The notes under the pieces were generated by a model. That model had not been told where the DNA came from. It did no database searches and was given only the letters and a program-made list of their open reading frames with translations. The translations under genes and the position numbers were made by a program. A DNA stretch of 47,540 nt from Maricaulaceae bacterium (lineage in GTDB: Bacteria; Pseudomonadota; Alphaproteobacteria; Caulobacterales; Maricaulaceae): NCBI GenBank assembly GCA_050050115.1, contig JASFUX010000001.1, positions 1-47,540 of the forward strand, written 5' to 3'. Shown here one piece after another: positions 10,421 to 19,642 of this stretch (positions are counted from its first letter, which is position 1; every line of letters starts with the position of its first letter).

Positions 10421-10600
10421 CTAGTCTTCCTTCGGCTCGAGGATCTGCCGGCCGCGATACGTGCCGGTCTTGAGGTTCACGTGGTGCGGGCGATGCAGCT
10501 CGCCGTCCTGATCCTCGACGTAAGCCGGACGCGTCAGAGCGTCGTGGGCGCGCCGGTTGCCGCGCTTGGAGCGGGTGACTTTTCTCTTGGGGACCGCCAT
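10421..10600 (-). CDS. rpmF: 50S ribosomal protein L32
   Basis: ORF trimmed to the ATG at 10600 ([22 protein letters not shown]...), the canonical L32 N-terminus. GGAGAG lies 4-9 nt upstream of the ATG. Confidence 0.9.
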   Translation of the reverse strand: MAVPKRKVTRSKRGNRRAHDALTRPAYVEDQDGELHRPHHVNLKTGTYRGRQILEPKED

Positions 10601-10912
10601 GGGTCTCTCCAGGTGCTGCAAAGGGCCGGGCGCCGGCGGCGCGAGGGCGCGTGCTTACGCCAAAGCGGACCGATGCTCAAGTCCCCCATGAGCTTGGCCG
10701 AAGACGCCGATTTCGGCTCTGCCTTCGCCAAATCAAGGCGTCGCCGCTGGGAACGCCTCTGGGGTCCGGTCGGGGGATGTGCTAATGTCCGTTCCGGCGA
10801 TCGGTCCGCCGCGCCCGCGCGTCACCACGTTTCGGGGTGAATGCTGTCAGGAACGCGAACGGAGCCTCGCGGACCGACCGCCTGGGACCTTCCCTATCGC
10901 CAATCCCGATCG

Positions 10913-11278
10913 CTAGAATTCATCCGAAGGCCGGGACGGCGCAGCCTGGCCCGTCATTACTGCGACCAGCGCCTCGGCGCGCTCGAGGTTGCTCCGGCGC
11001 GTATCCCCGCCGACCAGGAACAGATCGATGATCTGCCAGATCCAGCCGAGGTAGGTCAGCGTGATGATGGTGATCGCCAGCTTGCCGAGCCCGCGGCCCC
11101 AGTGGCCGAGCCGGAACCGGTCGACGCCCAGCGAGCCGAGAAAATAACCCAGACCGTAGGTGACCACCGCGCTGCGCTCGTGCGAGGAGGTGAACGCCGT
11201 GTCGAAGCGCCGCCGGTCGGCCTCCTCCAGCCGTCCGCGGATCGCGGCCAGAGCGCGATAGTACTCCGCCTCGTTCAC
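10913..11278 (-). CDS. TM2 domain-containing protein (paralog 2)
   Basis: A GTG start at 11278 overlaps the TGA of the upstream paralog (GTGA). The product is VNEAEYYRALAAIRGRLEEADRRRFDTAF...VVTYGLGYFLGSLGVDRFRLGHWGRGLGKLAITIITLTYLGWIWQIIDLFLVGGDTRR. The G-x-D/HRF-x-LG ... W-x-x-DLFL pattern is the TM2 signature. The long ORF-track form (to 11482) would overlap paralog 1. Confidence 0.7.
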   Translation of the reverse strand: MNEAEYYRALAAIRGRLEEADRRRFDTAFTSSHERSAVVTYGLGYFLGSLGVDRFRLGHWGRGLGKLAITIITLTYLGWIWQIIDLFLVGGDTRRSNLERAEALVAVMTGQAAPSRPSDEF

Positions 11279-11610
11279 AGCAGCCCTCCCACAGGACCCC
11301 CGACCAGCGTCGCGTGGGCCGAGCGCACGATGCCGGCGTTGATCCGGCGCGCCGAACCCGAGACCAGGAACAGATCGACGATCCACCAGATCCCAAGCCC
11401 GCCGAGCGTGATCAGCTTCAAGATCCCCGCCAGCACCTGACCAAGCAGGAAGCGGTCGAGCCCCAGCCAGCCGAGCCAGCATGAGGCTCCGAAGATGATC
11501 GTCGGGTTTTTGATCCGGGTGAGCACCATCGCCTCGAACTCGCTGCGGCGGTCAGCCGGCAACGAGTCGAGGGCGTGGAAGAAGACGTGGTAGAACTCAG
11601 TGCGGTCCAT
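11275..11610 (-). CDS. TM2 domain-containing protein (paralog 1)
   Basis: 111 aa: ...IIFGASCWLGWLGLDRFLLGQVLAGILKLITLGGLGIWWIVDLFLVSGSARR, the TM2 signature. The N-terminal soluble segment resembles that of paralog 2. Confidence 0.75.
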   Translation of the reverse strand: MDRTEFYHVFFHALDSLPADRRSEFEAMVLTRIKNPTIIFGASCWLGWLGLDRFLLGQVLAGILKLITLGGLGIWWIVDLFLVSGSARRINAGIVRSAHATLVGGPVGGLL

Positions 11611-11713
11611 GCGTCCCCTCCCTCACGCGGACGGCGCACAGTCTAGAGCTGCTCGGACATCGAGCAATCGAGAATCCGCCGACCGACGGTCACGCTTAAC
11701 GGAGCCGCCGCAT

Positions 11714-12367
11714 TCAGCCGCCGCTGCGGGAGATCTGACCGCCCATCGAGGAGCTGAAATCAGCGTCTTCTGCGTCGCCGTGAACGTCGACCAACCCGCC
11801 CATCGAAGCGGACGCGACCACCCGCTCGCTGGCGCGGACGGCCGCCATGCCGCCCATCGAAGCCTCCGCCGTCGCCGCCCTGCAATCGAGCGCCGAGGCG
11901 TCGAGCATGCCGCCGCGCGCCGCTTGCGCGCTGACCGCGCCGCACAGACCCGCCGCCTCGAGCATCGCGCCATTGACCGCCGCGAGCGCGATTTCCGAGT
12001 CCGCCGGCACGTCCGCGATCCGCACGGCCGCGCCGTTGGCGGCTTCGACCGCGTCAAGCCGCTCGAGGCTCACCCGCACCGTGACGTCGCTGACGTTGGT
12101 ATGTCCGAAGAACAGCGGTCGCCGTTCGGGCCGGATGCGCAGCGTATCGCCGTTCACCTCGATATCGACGTTGCCGAGCTGGCTCTCCCGCCCGTCGATC
12201 ACCACGCCGGCCGGCCCGCCGACGACGATCTCGACATTGACGCCGTTGGCCGCATCCACGGCGGAGAAATCGCCGGTCTCGACAGTCCGCTCCGCACTGA
12301 GCGCCGGCCCGGCGAGACATGCCGCGCCGAGTGCGGCGGCGGGAATGCGTGCGAATTGCGTCTTCAT
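11714..12367 (-). CDS. DUF2807 / head-GIN domain protein (putative auto-transporter adhesin head-like), secreted
   Basis: ORF trimmed to the ATG at 12367 (MKTQFARIPAAALGAACLAGPALSAE..., with GGGAGG upstream). Repetitive beta-strand units occur (G..V.I..G, DIEVNGDTLRI, repeated A.GGM..). I recognise the GDFSAVD...G.NVEIV...V...G..L.I pattern as DUF2807. Confidence 0.75.
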   Translation of the reverse strand: MKTQFARIPAAALGAACLAGPALSAERTVETGDFSAVDAANGVNVEIVVGGPAGVVIDGRESQLGNVDIEVNGDTLRIRPERRPLFFGHTNVSDVTVRVSLERLDAVEAANGAAVRIADVPADSEIALAAVNGAMLEAAGLCGAVSAQAARGGMLDASALDCRAATAEASMGGMAAVRASERVVASASMGGLVDVHGDAEDADFSSSMGGQISRSGG

Positions 12368-12569
12368 GAGAACCTCCCAATCCGGCGGGGACGCCGGTTG
12401 GAATTTATTGAATATCAATATGAACAAATGTCAATATGCGAGGTTATCCAGGCATCATCCAATCCAGCCGCAGCCTTCGCGTGCATACGCTTGCCGATAG
12501 CTCTCACGTCGATTCCACAAGACTTGTCGCTCCCCTGGGAAACAGGGACTCGTCCATCGTAGAGTTCCT

Positions 12570-13271
12570 ATGCCGATTGCGTTCGTCATGACCTTAGTTC
12601 CAGGGCCGCTTCGAGAGGATAAGTTGAGGTTCAATCGCTCTAATCGTTCCGTTCACAAGCGATTGAGGCGGCGGCTCACTCAGCTCCTGCCGGGCGCAGT
12701 GTCAGTAATCAGTATTCTAATCAGTGCTTGCAGCCCGGCTGACGCGCCGCAGGACGCCGATCCGTACGACATGGCCTCGTTGCACGAACATGGTGTCGAG
12801 CTGACGGCGGAAGAACTCCAAGCCGTCTCGTTCGCTCCGCGGCTCGCCGGCATGCGGATCAGGGCGTCCGAATGGGACGGCGTCTGCCCCGCGGACGACC
12901 CTGATTGGGCGAGCAGAGCAGACAGACGTCGACAAGGACTCGCCTTGCACGACGCTGGCGCGCTTGGGAACCTCGAAGCGCTTTGGTGTGTCGCGCGCTG
13001 GAATGAAGGAGAGGATTCATCGGTGCTTCGCGAGGAAGCATACGGCGCCTTGCTGACGGCGCGCGCTTGGGGCGCCGAAGTCGAAAGTGAGCGCCTGGAG
13101 CGGCTGGAAGCCGCGCTAAGCGTGGAGGCCGTGCAGCGAACGCAGGAAGACACGGCTTTCCAGCAGGAGAATATCGCCGTCACGCTCGCCTATGAGCGGA
13201 AATACGGACCGATACCGCCTGAACTCGCACGAGAGCCGTCCGTTGAAGCTCCTGCCGCAAGCGCTCCCTAG
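12570..13271 (+). CDS. hypothetical lipoprotein
   Basis: 233-aa ORF with lipobox ILISAC preceded by LLPGAVSV. The first ~100 nt are visibly AT-richer than the rest, so the true start may be TTG 12624 (GAGAGGA upstream) or TTG 12663 (giving MRRRLTQLLPGAVSVISILISAC). No family recognised. Confidence 0.5.
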   Translation: MPIAFVMTLVPGPLREDKLRFNRSNRSVHKRLRRRLTQLLPGAVSVISILISACSPADAPQDADPYDMASLHEHGVELTAEELQAVSFAPRLAGMRIRASEWDGVCPADDPDWASRADRRRQGLALHDAGALGNLEALWCVARWNEGEDSSVLREEAYGALLTARAWGAEVESERLERLEAALSVEAVQRTQEDTAFQQENIAVTLAYERKYGPIPPELAREPSVEAPAASAP

Positions 13272-13285
13272 GGGCGCGTCTCCCC

Positions 13286-14956
<1,671 letters not shown>

Positions 14957-15012
14957 TTATGCGCATGGCTGCGTTTTTCTTTCGAGCGCCCGCGTGAACG
15001 CGCCGAAGAGCT

Positions 15013-15438
15013 CTACTCGTCTATGGGCACGTCGAGCCCGCCCGCCTCTTCGGGGGCGTCGGCTTCGCTCTCGACCGGCGCGTCCGTTTCGGCTGGCGGG
15101 ATCGCGTCAAGCAGGGAGCCGAGGTCGTCGTCGATCGGCGGCGCGGCGGGCGTGCCGCGCTGAGGCGCAAGGATTTCCTCGACGTTGACGTCGTCAGCCA
15201 CCGTGCCCGCTCCCGGCTGTTCGCCCGAGAACACCGTCAAGGCGATCGAGGTCGCGAAGAAGGCGACGGCGAGGATCTGCGTCGACCGGGTCAGGATGTT
15301 GCCCGCCGAGCGACCGGACATCAGCCCGCCCGGCCCGCCGCCCATCCCGAGCGCCCCGCCCTCGGAGCGCTGCAGCAGAATGAGGGCGATCATGCCGATG
15401 GCGATGAACAGGTGGATGACGATGACGACGGTGTGCAT
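15013..15438 (-). CDS. secG: preprotein translocase subunit SecG (with acidic C-terminal extension)
   Basis: 141 aa. IVIHLFIAIGMIALILLQRSEGGALG...GNILTRSTQILAVAFFATSIALTVF is the SecG two-TM pattern. A ~60-aa acidic Pro/Asp/Glu tail follows. Confidence 0.85.
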   Translation of the reverse strand: MHTVVIVIHLFIAIGMIALILLQRSEGGALGMGGGPGGLMSGRSAGNILTRSTQILAVAFFATSIALTVFSGEQPGAGTVADDVNVEEILAPQRGTPAAPPIDDDLGSLLDAIPPAETDAPVESEADAPEEAGGLDVPIDE

Positions 15439-15544
15439 GAGGCTCCGCGAGGCAGGTTCGCGCCGGGTTGCTCTCTATATGGGCATGCGCGCGCGAGCGC
15501 CTATAGCGCGCATGACGCAGGCCCGTCCAGTGCGCCCGCCCCGT

Positions 15545-15772
15545 TCAAGGCAGGGCGGCCAGGAACGCCGCGATCGCCTCGGCCGCCTCAGGTTCGTCGA
15601 GCATCGGCGCATGTCCGACGCCAGGGACCTCTACGGCGCTTGCGTTCGGCGCGGCGCGGCGCATCCGCTCCAAGGTCGAGGACTCAAGGATGTCGGAGGT
15701 TCCGCCCCGCACGATCAGCGTCGGCCGATGGCGCGCGAGCCGCGGATGATCGAGTTCGCCGGGGGTGCGATT
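15545..15772 (-). pseudogene. alpha/beta-hydrolase C-terminal remnant (5'-truncated)
   Basis: Not in the ORF track. Minus-strand open frame between TAA (15773-15775) and TGA (15545-15547): NRTPGELDHPRLARHRPTLIVRGGTSDILESSTLERMRRAAPNASAVEVPGVGHAPMLDEPEAAEAIAAFLAALP. This is the typical last ~70 aa of an alpha/beta hydrolase, including the catalytic-His strand (GHAPMLDEP). The ~200 aa carrying the nucleophile elbow are absent, and the upstream DNA is occupied by the next gene. Confidence 0.5.
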
Positions 15773-15818
15773 TTACCGGGTCTGCGACTAGGCTGGCGCA
15801 GCGCTACGGCGCAGGTCC

Positions 15819-16757
15819 CTACCCGGCCTTGGCCATCGGCTCGCGGCGATAGCGGGCGCGGATCTTGTTCAGGACCGCGTCGACTTCCTTGCGCGTGCTC
15901 TCGCCCGCGTTCTCGCCTTCGAGCGCCGCATAGGCCGCCATCGGAAGATCGCACATCAAGGTCAGCTGGTCGTTGTCGGCGTGATCGTCCTCGCACACCC
16001 GCGCGACGATCTCGCACAGCGCCGTAGCGATCTCGAGCGGCTTGTCCAGATTGCGCCCGCGCAGCCGGCGGCGCAGTTCTTTGGACGACTCGTGCAGGTC
16101 GGCGAAGCTCATGTTGTCGGAGCCCGCTTGGTTGTCCAGACGCAGGCGCGCCGAGGTCGAGATCCGGATCGCCAGGCGCTTCAACCGCTCACGGTCGACC
16201 GAGTCGTTCGCCTCGGTGATCGCAGCTTCGAGCCGGCGCAGAGTCGCCGTGTCGCCTTCAACCACCGCCTTGAGCGTATTGGGCGCTTCGATCGTCTGCG
16301 CGTTCGACGGCCGCGTCGCGTCCGTGCGGCGATCGGGTCCGATATAGTCGCCGGTCACGACGAAGGGTTTGCGCTTGCGCACGTGGGCGTTAACCCGGTC
16401 GCGCAAAGCGCTTGGCGAGAACGGCCGCAGCAACAAGTCGTCCGAACCCGCGTCCATCAGCGCATGAATGTCCTTGGCCTGCCGCTCCCAGCTGGTCAGC
16501 AGGATCGTCGCAAACGGATTGATCCCGGTCTCTCCGCTGCGCAGACGGCGCACCACGCCGCAAACGTCTCCGCCTGCATCGCCCACTTCGAAGATCATGA
16601 GGTCGTAGCTGCGCTCGGACACTTTCCGCGTCAGCGCTTCGTACTCGCGCACCGGCTCGATGTCCTCGAAGCCGAGCTGCTTCAGGATCGAGCGCGTGGC
16701 GAGCAGGTTCGGCCCCACTGGGTCGAACAGCAGCACCGACGCGTTGCGGAAGTCCAT
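15819..16757 (-). CDS. response-regulator-like protein with degenerate (pseudo-)receiver domain and uncharacterised helical C-terminal domain
   Basis: ORF 15819..16802 trimmed to the ATG at 16757 (MDFRNASVLLFDP...). It aligns by eye to CheY: beta1 LLFDP (D12->F, D13 kept), beta3 DLMIFEV (D57->E), beta4 ILLTS (T87 kept), beta5 LLLRPF (K109->R). Residues ~140-312 are charged/helical with no DNA-binding or enzymatic motif that I recognise. Confidence 0.75.
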   Translation of the reverse strand: MDFRNASVLLFDPVGPNLLATRSILKQLGFEDIEPVREYEALTRKVSERSYDLMIFEVGDAGGDVCGVVRRLRSGETGINPFATILLTSWERQAKDIHALMDAGSDDLLLRPFSPSALRDRVNAHVRKRKPFVVTGDYIGPDRRTDATRPSNAQTIEAPNTLKAVVEGDTATLRRLEAAITEANDSVDRERLKRLAIRISTSARLRLDNQAGSDNMSFADLHESSKELRRRLRGRNLDKPLEIATALCEIVARVCEDDHADNDQLTLMCDLPMAAYAALEGENAGESTRKEVDAVLNKIRARYRREPMAKAG

Positions 16758-16859
16758 GTCGGCCACGCGGCGTCCCCGGATACATGAGCGAGGATTGGAC
16801 AATCGCTCGGGTTAGTCGCGGAGCTTCGCCGCTTGCCGCTCAATATGCCGTTAAGATGA

Positions 16860-17612
16860 TCAAGCGCATTTTATGATTTCGATGAAATCCGCCGCTTTAA
16901 GGCTCGCTCCGCCCACGAGAGCGCCGTCAACGCCTTCCGCGCTCAATATCCCAGCAGCGTTCGATGGCTTGACTGAACCGCCGTAGAGAATGCGCGTGCG
17001 CGCGGCGGCCTCAGCCCCCGAAAGTGCAGCTATTTCGGCCCGAATCGCGGCGTGCATCTCCTCTATGTCGCTGACTTCGGCGTTCCGACCGGTGCCGATC
17101 GCCCAGATCGGCTCATAGGCGATCACGACCTCCGGCGCGCCGGCTTCGACAAGCCCCTGCGGCAAGGAGGCGCGGATTTGCCCCCGGACGAAAGTCGCGG
17201 CCTCGCCCGCCTCGCGCCGCTCGAGGGACTCGCCGACGCAGACGATCACGTGAAGCCCGGCGCGCGCGCCCGCCGCCGCCGCGCCCGAGACCATCGCATC
17301 GCTCTCCCCCGCCTCACGGCGCTCGGAGTGCCCGACGATCACCCAGCCGGCGCCCGCATCGGCGATCATCGGCCCGCTGATCGAGCCGGTGAAGGCCCCC
17401 GCGTCCTCGCCGTGACAGGTCTGAGCGCCGATCATCACCCCGCCCCCGGCGGTCGCGACGGCCTCGCGCAGGAGCGTGAACGGCGGACAGATCAGCACGT
17501 CCGCGCCCGGATCTCCCCCGCCGACGGCCTCAGCGACGGCTTCGAGCTCGCCGAGCGCCGCGCGCAGCCCGTTCATCTTCCAATTGCCCGCGATCAGTTG
17601 ACGATTTGGCAT
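16860..17612 (-). CDS. tpiA: triose-phosphate isomerase
   Basis: ORF trimmed to the ATG at 17612 (MPNRQLIAGNWKMNG...). It has the catalytic His in VIVGHSERR, and also AYEPIWAIGTG and YGGSVKPSNA. Confidence 0.9.
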   Translation of the reverse strand: MPNRQLIAGNWKMNGLRAALGELEAVAEAVGGGDPGADVLICPPFTLLREAVATAGGGVMIGAQTCHGEDAGAFTGSISGPMIADAGAGWVIVGHSERREAGESDAMVSGAAAAGARAGLHVIVCVGESLERREAGEAATFVRGQIRASLPQGLVEAGAPEVVIAYEPIWAIGTGRNAEVSDIEEMHAAIRAEIAALSGAEAAARTRILYGGSVKPSNAAGILSAEGVDGALVGGASLKAADFIEIIKCA

Positions 17613-17746
17613 GATCGGCCCCTTTTTCCTCAACGCGGCCTTGACGCCGGCGTGGCGCAGCCCGCTTGTGCGCGCGCCGCGGCGCGACTACCGTCCCGGC
17701 CCCGTTCCGCTTGCCTGTTTCTCAAAGTCGACCGAGTACGTACGCC

Positions 17747-19642
17747 ATGCTCAATCAGCTCCGCAACGCCGCGCGATCGTGGATAGGCGCGATCTTCGTC
17801 GCCGTCCTGGTGGCGAGCTTCTCGGTCTGGGGCGTCTCAGACGTCCTGCGAGGCCGGGTCGGCGACGCGGTCGTGCTCGCAGGTGATGCGCAGATCGGCT
17901 CGGCGCAGTTCCGCGCCGCCTTCGACGCGCAGCTGTCTCAGCTGACCAGTCAGACCGGCCAGCGAATGACCCGCGATCAGGCGCTCGATATGGGTATCGA
18001 TCAGGCGGTCGCGCAGCGCTTGGGCATGCAGGCCGGGCTTGAGCAAAAGGCTGAAAGTCTCGGCGTGGTCGCCTCCAACCGCGCCGTCGCCAGAGAGCTG
18101 GCTCAGTACGACGCTTTCGTCGATCCGATCACCGAAGGCTTCAGCCGCGAGCTCTATCTCAGAGCGCTCGCCAACGCCCAGATCTCGCCGATACAGTTCG
18201 AGCGCGAGATTCGTCTGGAGGTCTTGAACCGGCAGCTGTTCAGCCCGCTGGTCACGGGCCTTCATCCGTCCGACGCCATGGTCGAGGCGCGCCTGCGCTT
18301 TGAGAACGAGCGGCGCGATCTCGCCATCGTGGAGATTCCCGCCGCCGCCGCGGACGACATCGAAGAACCCACTGAAGAAGAGCTCGAAGCTTTCTATCAG
18401 CAGCGCATCGACACCTACCGGACGCCGGCGCGGCGCGCGCTCTCGGTGGTCACCCTTCGGCTCGACGACTTCGTCAACGACGCGCCGGTCGACGAAGAGC
18501 TGCTGCGCGCTCAGTACGAGATCGAGGCCGCTCGGCTCGGCACGCCTGAGACCCGCGACGTCGTCGAGATCGTCGCGCCGGACGAAGCCGCCGCCGCGAA
18601 CGCCGCCGAACGGCTGCGCGCGGGCGAGGACGCCGAAGCGGTCGCCGAGGCGCTCGGCCTCGCCGCGCCGCGCACCTACGACGACGCCGTGCCTGCGGAC
18701 TTGCTGTCAGGCGCAGCCGGCGAGGCGGCCTTCGCCCTCGAGACCGGTGCGGTCAGCGATCCGATCGACGGCGGGATCGCCTGGTTCGTCGTCCGGGTCG
18801 ACGAAATCACGCCGGCCGACACGCCCAGCTTCGAAGAAGCCCGCGCCGAGATCGAGCTGGAGCTGGCGCGCGACACCGCGATGACGCTGCAGTTCGACGC
18901 CATCGACGCCCTGCAGATCGCCCTCGACAGCGGCGGGAGCCTCGAGCGGGGCGCCGTCGCGGCGCGAACGCCGGCCTTCTCCTTCTGGCCGGTGGACGCT
19001 CGCGGGCTCGACGCCGCAGGCTCGGCGCCTCTCGTCTTCCTGCAGGCGCCGGAGATCCTCGCGGCCGGTTTCTCGTTGCCCGCAGAGGGGGTGACGAGCG
19101 AGCTGCTGGAGTTGGGCGACGACGGCTACTACGCGGTGCGGGTCGATCGCATCATTCCGGCCGAGACCCTGCCCTTCGCCGAGGTCCGCGACCGCGTGCA
19201 CGCCGAGTTGACGGGGCTGCGCCGCTCGGAGCGTTTGAACGAACTGGCCGAGCAGGTCCAGGCCGAGCTCGAAACCGGCGCTTCGCCGAGCGCGGCGGCG
19301 GGCGTCGTCGAAAGCGCGCGCGGCGAGCGCTCCGAGCTGTCGCGCATGGAGACCACGCCGACGATCGCGCCTGGGCTTCTCGGTCAGGTCTTCGCCGCCG
19401 ACCTCGGCGGCGTCGTCATCGGCTCGACGTCGAGCGGCGGGCGCGCGGTCGTCCGCGTCGACGGCGTCGACCCTGGAACGGAGGCGCCCGAGGGCCAGCT
19501 TGAGCTGATGCGCGCCCAGCTCGGCTTTGAGATGCAAAACGACGTTGAGCAGTTGTTCGACACTCACCTGCGTCGTCGCTACCAGATCCGAGTCGACCAG
19601 CGCCTGCTCCGCCAGGCGCTCGGCCTCGACCCCGACCAATGA
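17747..19642 (+). CDS. PpiD-like periplasmic chaperone / peptidylprolyl isomerase (SurA N-terminal domain protein)
   Basis: ORF trimmed to the ATG at 17747 (MLNQLRNAARSWIGAIFVAVLVASFSVWGVSDV...). This is the standard PpiD N-terminal anchor, followed by a long acidic helical region. Its stop overlaps the trpE ATG (ATGA at 19639-19642). Confidence 0.8.
   Translation: MLNQLRNAARSWIGAIFVAVLVASFSVWGVSDVLRGRVGDAVVLAGDAQIGSAQFRAAFDAQLSQLTSQTGQRMTRDQALDMGIDQAVAQRLGMQAGLEQKAESLGVVASNRAVARELAQYDAFVDPITEGFSRELYLRALANAQISPIQFEREIRLEVLNRQLFSPLVTGLHPSDAMVEARLRFENERRDLAIVEIPAAAADDIEEPTEEELEAFYQQRIDTYRTPARRALSVVTLRLDDFVNDAPVDEELLRAQYEIEAARLGTPETRDVVEIVAPDEAAAANAAERLRAGEDAEAVAEALGLAAPRTYDDAVPADLLSGAAGEAAFALETGAVSDPIDGGIAWFVVRVDEITPADTPSFEEARAEIELELARDTAMTLQFDAIDALQIALDSGGSLERGAVAARTPAFSFWPVDARGLDAAGSAPLVFLQAPEILAAGFSLPAEGVTSELLELGDDGYYAVRVDRIIPAETLPFAEVRDRVHAELTGLRRSERLNELAEQVQAELETGASPSAAAGVVESARGERSELSRMETTPTIAPGLLGQVFAADLGGVVIGSTSSGGRAVVRVDGVDPGTEAPEGQLELMRAQLGFEMQNDVEQLFDTHLRRRYQIRVDQRLLRQALGLDPDQ

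Noticed and set aside
15013-15200. Acidic Pro/Glu/Asp-rich C-terminal tails on SecG (and similarly on RpsB, 45610-45760) as possible fused domains
   Set aside because: These are low-complexity acidic extensions with no domain signature. Such tails are common on these proteins in alphaproteobacteria and marine taxa.
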